Positions 35,546 through 44,750 of a stretch of 64,000 nt of DNA are shown here, piece by piece. The stretch lies in NCBI GenBank assembly GCA_041659945.1, contig JBAZXH010000001.1, forward strand, positions 262,742-326,741, given 5' to 3'. This DNA comes from Candidatus Pacearchaeota archaeon (lineage in GTDB: Archaea > Nanobdellota > Nanobdellia > Pacearchaeales > GW2011-AR1). Positions within the stretch are counted from its first letter, which is position 1. Every line of letters starts with the position of its first letter. The notes below the pieces were generated by a model. That model was not told where the DNA came from. It ran no database searches and was given only the letters and a program-made list of their open reading frames with translations. The position numbers and the translations under genes were made by a program.

Positions 35546-35615
35546 TTAAACTTTTGTATCTTGGTGTTTATGTTTTTAACAAAATGTTTATAAAGGTTAT
35601 TTAATTATTTATCCT

Positions 35616-36434
35616 ATGGTGAAAATAAAAAAAGGTGTGAGTAAGAGTGTTATTTTAATATCTTTATTATTAATTTCTACCTTTGTTATTTCTATCTATC
35701 TTGTTAGTGCTCAAGGAACTGATGCAAGTTCCATAGTTAATAGTATTCGAAGTGGAGTAAGTTCTTTTTTTAGTAATTGGTTAATGGGTGCGGGTTTTAG
35801 TGAAGGAATTGCTAAGGTATTAATGACTATTCTTATATTTATGATTATCTGGTCAGTTTCAGAATATGCTCCAATAATTTCAGACTCGGGAAATTGGATT
35901 AGACTTGTGTTTGTTTTAATTATTACTTTCCTATCTACGGCATTTTTAACACCTGATGAAATCTATATAATGATGATGAGTTATAGGGGGGTTGGATTTG
36001 CAATAGGAATTATTATCCCATTTTTAATTATGATTCTTTTTACTATTGCTCTTGCTGCTGGTGGGAAAACTGGTGGTAGAAATATACGTCCGGTTGATGT
36101 GCTTTTTAAAAGAGTTTTAGCTGTTTTTCTTTGGTTGATATTTACAGTTTATTTAGCTTATAGGTCTTACACCGCTCAAATGCCAACTAGCGGGGGTGAT
36201 GCATATACTCTTTTAATATGGGTTCTTGTTGCAGTTTCGGCCTTTATGACTATTTTTGTCTGGTATATTTTTATATTTATCCAAAGGCAACTAATGAAGG
36301 TTCAGGTAGAACAAATGGGTAATAAGTATGATTTGGCCGTTGAATTAACAGATACACAAGCAAGATCTGCACAAAGATTAGCAAATAGTAGAACTATGTC
36401 AAGTCGGTTTAGTAGATGGTGGAATGGCCCTTGA
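35616..36434 (+). CDS. Signal-peptide-bearing polytopic membrane protein, family member B3
   Basis: Signal ...LLISTFVISIYLVSA, near-identical to the B2 signal. Core AKVLMTILIFMIIWSVSEYAP ... YRGVGFAIGIIIPFLIMILF. Confidence 0.7.
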   Translation: MVKIKKGVSKSVILISLLLISTFVISIYLVSAQGTDASSIVNSIRSGVSSFFSNWLMGAGFSEGIAKVLMTILIFMIIWSVSEYAPIISDSGNWIRLVFVLIITFLSTAFLTPDEIYIMMMSYRGVGFAIGIIIPFLIMILFTIALAAGGKTGGRNIRPVDVLFKRVLAVFLWLIFTVYLAYRSYTAQMPTSGGDAYTLLIWVLVAVSAFMTIFVWYIFIFIQRQLMKVQVEQMGNKYDLAVELTDTQARSAQRLANSRTMSSRFSRWWNGP

Positions 36435-36473
36435 TTGGCTAATCTTTAAAAATTATGTTTTCTTTGTAGACAT

Positions 36474-37232
36474 ATGAAAAAACAAGGTGCTGTTTCTAGA
36501 AAGAAGGATAAGACTGGAAAGACAGAGGTTGCTAAAAAGATACTTTTATTATTGCTGGGCGTTTTTTTATTGATTCTTCTTGTTTTTTCTATCCGGCCAT
36601 TATTTAACTTTAATAGTACTCAATTTACTGGAAGTGTAATAAATCCTACGAATTTAGATGATCCTATCGGTGTTGGTATAAGCGCTAGTGATTTGTCTGA
36701 TTCTAACCTGATTAAAGATAAGGCCCAATTAAAATGGGAATATCTTCAGCAGGAATGGAAAAAGGCTTTTTTAGAAAATAGAGTCATTAAAGGATTAGAT
36801 TACTTTTTTACTGAGATAAGTTTTGTTTTTAGAATCCTTTTTGGAGAGTCCTATTCATTTTCTTTTTTATTGTTTTTAGTTATAGTTGTCTGGATAATTG
36901 TTTTGATTATTGTTAAATCCTTTATTAAGTCTTTTTTTAATTTTCCTTTAGGGGTTTGTTATTTAGTTGGTGTTTTGGTAGCTATTGTCTTTGCCCAGTT
37001 AAATTTACTCAAAATAATTGTCACTTGGATCTTATGGTTAATTTTTTCACAGGAGGCTTGGTATATGCGGTTTTTTATGATTTTAGTTGTTATCGGAGCG
37101 GTTATTGCGGTAGTTTTTGTGATTAAAATCATTCAAAAAGAAGCTGAAGCATCAAAAAAAAGAGATAGAGAGAATAAAAATGAAAAGAATATGAAGAAGA
37201 TAGATAGTTTTGTTAAGAAGAGTGGGATTTAG
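36474..37232 (+). CDS. Polytopic membrane protein, probable distant family member B4
   Basis: Basic N-terminus plus TM, an ectodomain, then the FLLFLVIVVWIIVLIIVKSFIKSF core and a K/E-rich C-terminal tail. Confidence 0.6.
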   Translation: MKKQGAVSRKKDKTGKTEVAKKILLLLLGVFLLILLVFSIRPLFNFNSTQFTGSVINPTNLDDPIGVGISASDLSDSNLIKDKAQLKWEYLQQEWKKAFLENRVIKGLDYFFTEISFVFRILFGESYSFSFLLFLVIVVWIIVLIIVKSFIKSFFNFPLGVCYLVGVLVAIVFAQLNLLKIIVTWILWLIFSQEAWYMRFFMILVVIGAVIAVVFVIKIIQKEAEASKKRDRENKNEKNMKKIDSFVKKSGI

Positions 37233-37846
37233 TTATTATTTTTTCTAATTGATCTATCTGCAGCATCTGCTAGAGAATTAAGATTTCTTAATTTTTGAGC
37301 TTTTATTTCGGTGCTCTCATTATCTACTCGGTTAAGTATGGAGTTAATGACAATAATTCCCCCGGCAAATAATACTATTGCCAAGGCTAATGCAACTAGC
37401 AACGAAATGAACTTATTTTGTTCCATTATATGGAAAACATTAACAAAATCTAAGAATAATGTTGAAACTTCTCTTATTGCTCCACTTAGACCAATCAAAC
37501 TTGTAATTATTATGGTAGCTATTAACCTAAAAATCTTTTTTTCAAAAAAAGGTATGAAATCTAGTATTTTAAAGATAAGTATTAGAAAAAATGCCCATAG
37601 AACGCTTAGAATAATCAGTAGCTGTAGGGTTATTTCCCCCTTTATGCCAAATAAAATCTGAGTTGGGAATTTTAAAGAGTCTGGAGTTGTGAAACTTTCA
37701 CCTAATTTAAAGAATTTGTCGACGTTAAAATTTAAGGGTTCATTTATATTAAGGTTGTTGATTGTTTCTGTTAACTGAGCTATTGAAAGAGGAATTAGTA
37801 AAATAAAAATTCCTACTAATAGTAATGTGAAAAGCCCCTTTTTCAT
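37229..37846 (-). CDS. Signal-peptide-bearing polytopic membrane protein, probable family member B5
   Basis: Signal MKKGLFTLLLVGIFILLIPLSIA. Core LLIILSVLWAFFLILIFKILDFIPFFEKK. The antisense ORF 37311-37661 has no support. Confidence 0.6.
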   Translation of the reverse strand: MKKGLFTLLLVGIFILLIPLSIAQLTETINNLNINEPLNFNVDKFFKLGESFTTPDSLKFPTQILFGIKGEITLQLLIILSVLWAFFLILIFKILDFIPFFEKKIFRLIATIIITSLIGLSGAIREVSTLFLDFVNVFHIMEQNKFISLLVALALAIVLFAGGIIVINSILNRVDNESTEIKAQKLRNLNSLADAADRSIRKNNN

Positions 37847-37892
37847 GATAAAAATAAGAACTTAATGTTTAAAACTCTTTTCTTTGATTGAT

Positions 37893-38165
37893 TTATCCAA
37901 AAGCTCTACGAAAATCAATAATCTCTGCAGAATTAACATTGTCTATGTTTGAAAGCTCTTTTTCTAGTTGGTCTCTGTCAGCATCTTCTTGCCAGGCAAA
38001 GGTGATTATTATGGCATTTAAACCAAAGGCTATTGGTTCTCTTTCTATCTTAAGATTTTTACCACCTTCTTTGGTGATTTTTTCTTCAGCCTTGCTTTCT
38101 ATTGCTGTTAGATCAGCATCAGGAGAGTCAGGCATTATCTTAATTTTAACTCCAGCGATTCCCAT
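37893..38165 (-). CDS. ef1b: Archaeal translation elongation factor 1-beta
   Basis: 90 aa. MGIAGVKIKIMPDSPDADL...PIAFGLNAIIITF...VNSAEIIDFRRAFG matches the aEF-1beta pattern end to end. Confidence 0.85.
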   Translation of the reverse strand: MGIAGVKIKIMPDSPDADLTAIESKAEEKITKEGGKNLKIEREPIAFGLNAIIITFAWQEDADRDQLEKELSNIDNVNSAEIIDFRRAFG

Positions 38166-38278
38166 TGTAACAGAAGCGAAAGTTGGTTTAAAAGTGTTTT
38201 GGTGCTAATTGCTGTGGCATAATGCTTAAAAATGATGTTTTATTTTAGCATATATTAAACTTAATAAAAAGGGTGAAT

Positions 38279-39217
38279 ATGGTACTTCCGAATTATCAAC
38301 AACTTGTAGAGAAAATTGCTAAAGCTTCAGGCTTAACTGTAGATGAAATTGACAGAAAGGTTGAGGCTAAGTGTGCTAAACTTTCAGGACTTATTTCTAA
38401 GGAAGGGAGTGCTCAGATTGTTGCTTCTGAATTGGGAATTTCTTTTGAAAAGGAAAAGTTAAAGATAAGTGAACTTTTGAGCGGAATGAAGAGAGTGAAT
38501 ATTACTGGGAAGGTAATTGATATGGCACCAATAAGAGAGTATAATAAGAATGGAAAGAGCGGAAAGATTGCTGCCATGACTATTGCTGATGAAACTGGAA
38601 ATATACGAACTGTTCTTTGGGATACTAATCATATAGCTCTTTTTGAGGATGGAAAAATAAAACGAGAGGATACAGTCGAAATTTCAAATGCAGCCGTAAG
38701 AAATGATGAACTTCATTTATCGGGTTTTTCTGATATAAAATTAAGTAAGGAAAGTATGCTTGAGGTTAAGGTTGAAAAAAGAGTTATTGATAGGAAACTT
38801 TCTGAAATTAAGGCAGGAGATAATGCTAAAATACGAGCAGTTATGACACAAATTTTTGAACCTAAATTTTTTGAAGTTTGTCCAGAATGCAGTAAAAAGG
38901 CTACTGATAACACTTGTGCTGAACACGGAAGTGTTTTACCAGTTAAAAAAGCTTTAATTGGTGTTGTTTTGGATGATGGTTCTGAAAATGTAAGAGGAAT
39001 TGTTTTTAATGATCAGATAAAAATGTTGGGAATCACAAGTGAGGAGTTGGAAAATCCTGAATTTTTTGTCAAGAAAAAAGAAGAATTGCTTGGGAAAGAA
39101 GCTGTTTTTTATGTTAATGTTAGAAACAATAAATTGTTTAATACGCCTGAATTAATTATTAATAGTTTTGAAGAGATTAATCTAGATAATTTAATCCAGA
39201 GCTTGAAGACTAATTAA
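38279..39217 (+). CDS. Replication protein A-like ssDNA-binding protein (OB folds plus zinc finger)
   Basis: OB-fold-like segments (VNITGKVIDMAPIREY..., IRAVMTQIFEPKFF) and the zinc motif CPECSKKATDNTCAEHG. The track start at 38273 is a GTG. The ATG at 38279 lies ~25 nt downstream of catatattaaac. Confidence 0.7.
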   Translation: MVLPNYQQLVEKIAKASGLTVDEIDRKVEAKCAKLSGLISKEGSAQIVASELGISFEKEKLKISELLSGMKRVNITGKVIDMAPIREYNKNGKSGKIAAMTIADETGNIRTVLWDTNHIALFEDGKIKREDTVEISNAAVRNDELHLSGFSDIKLSKESMLEVKVEKRVIDRKLSEIKAGDNAKIRAVMTQIFEPKFFEVCPECSKKATDNTCAEHGSVLPVKKALIGVVLDDGSENVRGIVFNDQIKMLGITSEELENPEFFVKKKEELLGKEAVFYVNVRNNKLFNTPELIINSFEEINLDNLIQSLKTN

Positions 39218-39225
39218 ATACTAAA

Positions 39226-40095
39226 ATGTCTAAATCAAGAAGAGACTTAAAAAAAGTAAAAGGTGATGTTTATGCGATAATTCGATTAGTTTCTGATGCT
39301 TATGGAATTAAAATTCCAAAAAAAGATATGCCTCGAGTTGAGGTTGTTAACCAGGGGAGCATTTTAACTGCTTATAATCCTTATAAAAATTTGATTAGAT
39401 TGGGTAGTAATCATGTGGATGATGGAGGGGCTTATGCTGCAGAGGCAGGGCATTTTTTAAGATATTACGCTGCTGGTAGAATAGGTAAACCAAATGAGGG
39501 TTTAGAAGAGAAAAAGGTTGATGAATTTTTTGATATGGCTACTCAAATTGTTTCTTTAGAACTAGTTAAACAAACACCTCTAATTAGACTGTTTAAGAGA
39601 AAAAAAACTTTTGGAGTGGGAGCTAGAGATGTTGCTGATAGAATAAGAAAATCAAGACAAGAGTATAATCAGTCTGTTGCAGAGAATAATGAAACTGATC
39701 AGAGTAGAAGATTGATTTTTCCTAATGAGATCAGTCTCCGTAAGAGAATGTTGGATATGGATAAAACTTATGTGGGTTATGCTTATGCTCAGCAGTATTC
39801 TCCGGGTGAACTTTTAGAGGTTAAAGATTTATATTCTTTACCTGATGAAGAGGTGAAAAAAAGATTTTTTAAGTATCATAGAAAAGGTAGAGGGTTAGAA
39901 GGTAGAGTTTTAGGTTTTATTGGAATTGCAAGTCTTTTAGCTGGTTTTTTTCTTTTGGTTTTTAATTTTAGTAAGATTACGGGATTTTCTGTTTTTAATA
40001 CAAATTATAAATCTTATTCAATTTCATTATCATTATTACTAATCCTTTTTGGAGCATTTTTGTTTTTTTATTCTAGATATAAAGGGAGAACATAA
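39226..40095 (+). CDS. Hypothetical protein with two C-terminal TM segments
   Basis: Soluble N-terminal ~230 aa followed by LGFIGIASLLAGFFLLVF and SLSLLLILFGAFLFF. Confidence 0.55.
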   Translation: MSKSRRDLKKVKGDVYAIIRLVSDAYGIKIPKKDMPRVEVVNQGSILTAYNPYKNLIRLGSNHVDDGGAYAAEAGHFLRYYAAGRIGKPNEGLEEKKVDEFFDMATQIVSLELVKQTPLIRLFKRKKTFGVGARDVADRIRKSRQEYNQSVAENNETDQSRRLIFPNEISLRKRMLDMDKTYVGYAYAQQYSPGELLEVKDLYSLPDEEVKKRFFKYHRKGRGLEGRVLGFIGIASLLAGFFLLVFNFSKITGFSVFNTNYKSYSISLSLLLILFGAFLFFYSRYKGRT

Positions 40096-40098
40096 AAA

Positions 40099-40566
40099 AT
40101 GATGAGAAAAACCCACATTGCTTTGGCTATTCTTGGGGTGCTTATTTTACTTCCGTTTGTTAAATCTAAGATGATTTTTGCAGCTATGGCTGTTGTGGCT
40201 ACTCTATTGCCTGATTTGGACTCTCGTTCATCAAGATTGGGAAGAAATCCGCTTATGCGGCCAGTGCAATGGATTACGGGGCATAGAGGAGTGTTACATA
40301 GTCTGACTTTTTGTTTGTTGGTTAGCATAGCTCTTGCAATTTTTATTCCAATTTTAGCTTTGGGATTTTTTCTTGGTTATTCTATTCATCTTTTTGCTGA
40401 TAGTTTTACTGTTATGGGGATTTCTGCTTTTTGGCCCGTGAAGAGTATTGTTTCGCGTGGAAGAATTGAAACTGGTGGGAGATTTGAGAGTATTTTATTA
40501 GTTTTAACTATGATGGGTATTTGTTTGCTTGGAGGAGCTTATTTAGTGAGTATGTTTGTTGTTTAA
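40099..40566 (+). CDS. YdjM/DUF457-like membrane-bound metal-dependent hydrolase
   Basis: THIALAILG..., LPDLDSRSS, GHRGVLHSLTF and HLFADSFTVMGISAFWP fit the family pattern. Confidence 0.65.
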   Translation: MMRKTHIALAILGVLILLPFVKSKMIFAAMAVVATLLPDLDSRSSRLGRNPLMRPVQWITGHRGVLHSLTFCLLVSIALAIFIPILALGFFLGYSIHLFADSFTVMGISAFWPVKSIVSRGRIETGGRFESILLVLTMMGICLLGGAYLVSMFVV

Positions 40567-40617
40567 GGGATAATGTTTTATAATTAATTATTTAAACAAT
40601 GTATTTCTGAAGTTTAA

Positions 40618-41850
40618 ATGGATGAAACAAAAAAAAGGTTGATTGCAGATTTGCATATACATTCAAGATATGCTCGAGGATGTTCCAATGCAATTGATTT
40701 TGATAATCTGGTGAAATATGCTAGAATAAAGGGAATTGATTTACTTGGAACTGGAGATTTTACACATCCAAAATGGTTTGAGGAGATAAAAAATTTCAGG
40801 GAAAAGAATGGAGTGTATTATCATAATGGTTTTCCATTTCTTATTTCTGGTGAAGTGTCTTTAATATATAGTCAAGGGCGTGGAAGAAGAGTGCATTTGG
40901 TTATACTGGTGCCAAGCATTGAAATCGCTGAAAAGATTCATACTTTTTTAGATAGTCTTGGAAGAAGAGATTATGATGGCAGACCAATTTTTGGAATTTC
41001 TTGCATTGAGTTTACCAAAAAAATGATGGAAATTTCTGAAGATATTGAACTAATTCCAGCACATTGTTGGACACCGTGGTTTGGTATTTTTGGAAGTAAA
41101 TCGGGTTTTGATTCTCTTAAAGAAGCTTTTGGTGAGGAATTAGAGCATATTCATGCCATTGAAACTGGTTTAAGTAGTGATCCTCCAATGAATTGGAGAA
41201 TTAAAGAGCTTGATAAGTTCACTATTTTATCATTTTCAGATTCGCATTCATTTTGGCCTTGGCGAATGGGAAGGGAGGCAACTATTTTTGATTTTAGAGA
41301 GAATGAAGAACTGAGTTATAAAAAAATAATTGATGACATTAGGAATAATAAGATACTTGGTACAATTGAGGTTGATCCGGCCTATGGAATATATCACTAT
41401 GATGGGCATAGAAATTGTAATTTTTCATGTAGTCCTGAGGAAACTAGAAAGTTAAATGGAATTTGCCCCGTTTGTAATGACAAACTAATAATTGGTGTTG
41501 ATTATAGAGTTGATGAATTGGCGGAAGATGATAGGAAATTGGGATTTAAAATCAGTAACTCTAAGATTTTTTATAAAATACTTCCATTGCACGAAATAAT
41601 TGCACTTTTTACTGAAACGGGAATTTCCACGAAGAAAACTTGGGATATCTACAATCTTTTAATTGAAAAATTTGGCAATGAATTCAAGGTTTTGCTTGAT
41701 GTTGACAAAAAAGATTTACTTGTGGAGGGATTTAATGAAAAACTTGTGGATTTAATAATTAGGAATAGAAAGGGGCATATAAAAGTCAAGCCAGGTTATG
41801 ATGGCCTATATGGTGTTGCAGTTTTGGAAGAACAAAAGACGCTTTTTTGA
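40618..41850 (+). CDS. endoQ: EndoQ-like PHP-domain endonuclease with zinc finger
   Basis: N-terminal ADLHIHSRYARGCS and GTGDFTHPKW are PHP metal ligands. The later motif is CPVCNDKL. Length is ~410 aa. Confidence 0.7.
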   Translation: MDETKKRLIADLHIHSRYARGCSNAIDFDNLVKYARIKGIDLLGTGDFTHPKWFEEIKNFREKNGVYYHNGFPFLISGEVSLIYSQGRGRRVHLVILVPSIEIAEKIHTFLDSLGRRDYDGRPIFGISCIEFTKKMMEISEDIELIPAHCWTPWFGIFGSKSGFDSLKEAFGEELEHIHAIETGLSSDPPMNWRIKELDKFTILSFSDSHSFWPWRMGREATIFDFRENEELSYKKIIDDIRNNKILGTIEVDPAYGIYHYDGHRNCNFSCSPEETRKLNGICPVCNDKLIIGVDYRVDELAEDDRKLGFKISNSKIFYKILPLHEIIALFTETGISTKKTWDIYNLLIEKFGNEFKVLLDVDKKDLLVEGFNEKLVDLIIRNRKGHIKVKPGYDGLYGVAVLEEQKTLF

Positions 41851-41884
41851 TTATTTCTAATTAATGCTAATTACTAAAACGCTT

Positions 41885-42619
41885 TTATGTTTTTACTATT
41901 CCTATGGTAGGTATTCTAATTGGATTACCATCCCAATCTACTGGTCCCTTAAAGATGTAATCTCCAAAGACGGTAATTCCTCCTGCTCCATTAGAAGAAA
42001 TAGAGCACAGATTGACTATTTCTTTATCATCTAATTTGAGATGAACCCCATGACTTCCTTTATAATTTTTAGCAATCTCACGAAGTTTTTCTTCACCCTC
42101 TTCTCCGTATCTTGCTAAAATATAATCATTATTTATTAATCCTTTTGTGGTGAAACTCTCTGGAATGTTGAATAGTCCTGTTCTGGCGCGATTCTCTGGA
42201 GCAAAGGCAACAGCTTCATCAGCGCTGAATATGACACTTCTAACTTGTCTTGTACCAGATTCTAGTTTTTTTACTAGACCTTTTCTGTCTATTAGTGACC
42301 AATCTTCCATATCAGGACTGTGCTCAATGAAATATCCATCACTTAAATCTTCTCCAGGTATTTTTGGAACATATATGCTCCTAGTATACTCAAAGAATAG
42401 TCTAGGGATCATTTTCCTTTCATATTTTCCTTTTGGATTTTTCCATAATTCATGAAGTAACGAAACAATATGTTGAGAACTAGGTAATCCTAAATTTTCA
42501 GATTCTAGTTCATTACCTCCACCATAGAATGTATTTTCTTCTCCTAAATCTACAAAGGTTAACATTTTCCCTTTGTGAGGAATTTCGCTGAATACAGTTC
42601 TACCAATTTCAATTTTCAT
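41885..42619 (-). CDS. Hypothetical soluble protein (244 aa)
   Basis: Long ORF with no recognisable motif. The antisense ORF 42147-42455 is rejected. Confidence 0.55.
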   Translation of the reverse strand: MKIEIGRTVFSEIPHKGKMLTFVDLGEENTFYGGGNELESENLGLPSSQHIVSLLHELWKNPKGKYERKMIPRLFFEYTRSIYVPKIPGEDLSDGYFIEHSPDMEDWSLIDRKGLVKKLESGTRQVRSVIFSADEAVAFAPENRARTGLFNIPESFTTKGLINNDYILARYGEEGEEKLREIAKNYKGSHGVHLKLDDKEIVNLCSISSNGAGGITVFGDYIFKGPVDWDGNPIRIPTIGIVKT

Positions 42620-42688
42620 TTTGTTATATTCTCCATATAATAATCCTGTAATAGAGATATATTTAAATACTTGCTACTACATGTAGGT

Positions 42689-43450
42689 AGTATGGATAAC
42701 TTAATTGTAAAACAACTTATGGCTGGTGGGCTAACTCAAAATGAGGCGAGGGTATATATTGGGTTACTGGAGCTTAAGCAATCAAAAACTGGAAAATTAT
42801 CTGAGCATGTAGGTATCCCATCATCTCACTTATATCCATTATTACAAGATTTAATTAAACTAGGTTTGGTTAGTTATAAGTTTGTTAATAAGAGAAAAGT
42901 TTTCATGCCCAGTTCACCTAATGTTCTTAATGAAATTTATCTTAGAAAAAAACAAGAATTGGAAAATCAGCGAATTGTAATTCAATCTTCTATACAAAAC
43001 CTTAAGCAGTTTTCACCAAAAGAAGAAAAAGATTCAGATTATCAATATTTTGAAGGACTTTTAGGCATTAAGGGGATGTGGAGTGAAATTAATGAACTAA
43101 TGATTCCGAATACTCAAGCAAGGTGTTTTGCTTCTATAATTGAGGGTTTTGAAATGCTTAATCAATTTTATTTAGAACATCATAAATTAAGAGTATCAAA
43201 GAATATCTTTGAGAAAATGATTCTTCCAGTTGGAGCTGAAAGGTTTGCAAATCAAAGAAAAAAATTAGGAAAGTTTGATGTTAGATTTCTTGATTTAAAA
43301 AACTTAGCAGAGTTCATTGTATTTGATGATTTTATGTGTATTCAGTATATAGTTAAGGATAAACCGAGAGGGTTTCTTATTAAAGACTCAGTATTTGCCC
43401 AGTCTTTTGCAAATATTTTTGATAACTTATGGAAGTCAGCTAAAAAATAA
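42689..43450 (+). CDS. TrmB-family transcriptional regulator
   Basis: LTQNEARVYIGLLELKQSKTGKLSEHVGIPSSHLYPLLQDLIKLGLV is a TrmB-type wHTH. The ATG at 42689 lies ~25 nt downstream of atatatttaaatac; the track start at 42671 is a TTG. Confidence 0.75.
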   Translation, partial: SMDNLIVKQLMAGGLTQNEARVYIGLLELKQSKTGKLSEHVGIPSSHLYPLLQDLIKLGLVSYKFVNKRKVFMPSSPNVLNEIYLRKKQELENQRIVIQSSIQNLKQFSPKEEKDSDYQYFEGLLGIKGMWSEINELMIPNTQARCFASIIEGFEMLNQFYLEHHKLRVSKNIFEKMILPVGAERFANQRKKLGKFDVRFLDLKNLAEFIVFDDFMCIQYIVKDKPRGFLIKDSVFAQSFANIFDNLWKSAKK

Positions 43451-43453
43451 GAT

Positions 43454-44155
43454 TTATTTCTTGGTAGAAAACTCACACTTTTCTTTTTTTGCTTGTTTTT
43501 CTATCTGTTCGATCATTTGATTTATTAATGAGGTTGTTTGTTTGGGGTTGTTTGATTTTATTTTTATCATAAAAGCTGAACTACCTAAATAATTTATTCC
43601 TTCATATGAAGAGAGAATACGTTTTATCCTTAGTATTCCATCTGATTCTTTGCAGCTTAGATTAAAACCCTTTTTTATGTCAACTTCTTTTTCTTTTTTT
43701 TCTTTAAAAATTGGTTTTATTTTTTCTATTTCTTCTTTGGTGAAATACTTTTCAAGAAGTTCGGTCTTTTGTTTTGCTTCCTCAAAAAATTCCATTATAT
43801 TTTCATTTTCTCGTATTGTTTCTATTATTTTTTCTCCTTTTTCAATTAAGACTTTTTTTATAAAACTTTCAATACTCTTTACTTTTTTATACTGGCTAAG
43901 TAGTTCTTCTTTTTCTTTTCCTTTTACTCTTCTAATACTTAGAAATAGGTGATTTTGAGAGGCATCTAGAATTTTACAAACTATAATTTTGTTTGGTACA
44001 ACATAATCTCTTATGTTTCTTATCCTTCCTGGAGCTACTTCACTAAAATTTATACTTCCCGGAATTTTGTCTTCTGTTTCCACAAATACGGTAGTTTTGA
44101 CTACATCTCTTACTATGCATAAAACTAGATCTCCTTCTTTGTATTGTTTAGCCAT
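43454..44155 (-). CDS. eif2a: Translation initiation factor aIF2 alpha subunit
   Basis: The N-terminal S1 domain (EGDLVLCIVRDVVKTTVFVE...INFSEVAPGRIRNIRDYVVPNKIIVCKILD...LSIRRV) is followed by helical and alpha-beta domains. Confidence 0.75.
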   Translation of the reverse strand: MAKQYKEGDLVLCIVRDVVKTTVFVETEDKIPGSINFSEVAPGRIRNIRDYVVPNKIIVCKILDASQNHLFLSIRRVKGKEKEELLSQYKKVKSIESFIKKVLIEKGEKIIETIRENENIMEFFEEAKQKTELLEKYFTKEEIEKIKPIFKEKKEKEVDIKKGFNLSCKESDGILRIKRILSSYEGINYLGSSAFMIKIKSNNPKQTTSLINQMIEQIEKQAKKEKCEFSTKK

Positions 44156-44250
44156 AGAAAGTTGATGAAATTGCGCTTTAAAAGAGTTGTTATTTTATGT
44201 ATATGTTTTATAAGGGAATTGTTTATAAAGGCTTTTTGTTATCTGGTTTT

Positions 44251-44706
44251 ATGGGAAATTATAAATTTGAACCAAAAGAATTTATTGAAGCATCTAAGTC
44301 TGTTGTAGATGACCAAGGATCTAGAGTTTATGATGATCTTGTGGGAATTGCTTATAGGGCTTTTCCCGAAGAAGATTTGGAAGTTGGAGTTAATTTGACT
44401 GCTGAACGTTTATTAAGACGTAGCAGGATTCATAGACATGGTAGATCACATCAAGCTCACTTTTTAATGTTAAGTGGTTTTGAAGCTCCGTTAGTTGGTT
44501 TTGATGCGGAGGAATTAACTAGAAGAGATGCAAATCATTCTTATGAAATGAATGCTGAAACTTTTGCAAGAGCATTTAAGGCGTATGAAAATGGTAGAGC
44601 TTTTCAAGAACGTGGAAGAAGAGAAAGTATAAGTCCTGGCGCTGAATACCCTGCTCAAGTAGACTGGGAGATAATGCAGGCACATTTAGCAGGCTTATTG
44701 AGGTAG
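44251..44706 (+). CDS. Hypothetical protein, tandem paralog 1 (shared C-terminal YPxxxDWxxMQ motif)
   Basis: gtttataaag lies ~25 nt upstream of the ATG at 44251 (track start 44197). The C-terminus FKAYENGRAFQERG...YPAQVDWEIMQAHLA aligns with the next gene. Confidence 0.55.
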   Translation: MGNYKFEPKEFIEASKSVVDDQGSRVYDDLVGIAYRAFPEEDLEVGVNLTAERLLRRSRIHRHGRSHQAHFLMLSGFEAPLVGFDAEELTRRDANHSYEMNAETFARAFKAYENGRAFQERGRRESISPGAEYPAQVDWEIMQAHLAGLLR

Positions 44707-44750
44707 TTTAGTATAACAATTTTTATAAAGCTTTTAGAAGTTTTGTTTTT

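Noticed and set aside
37888-38208. 106-aa plus-strand ORF overlapping aEF-1beta
   Set aside because: The minus-strand product matches aEF-1beta end to end. The plus-strand translation is low-complexity S/L/I-rich.
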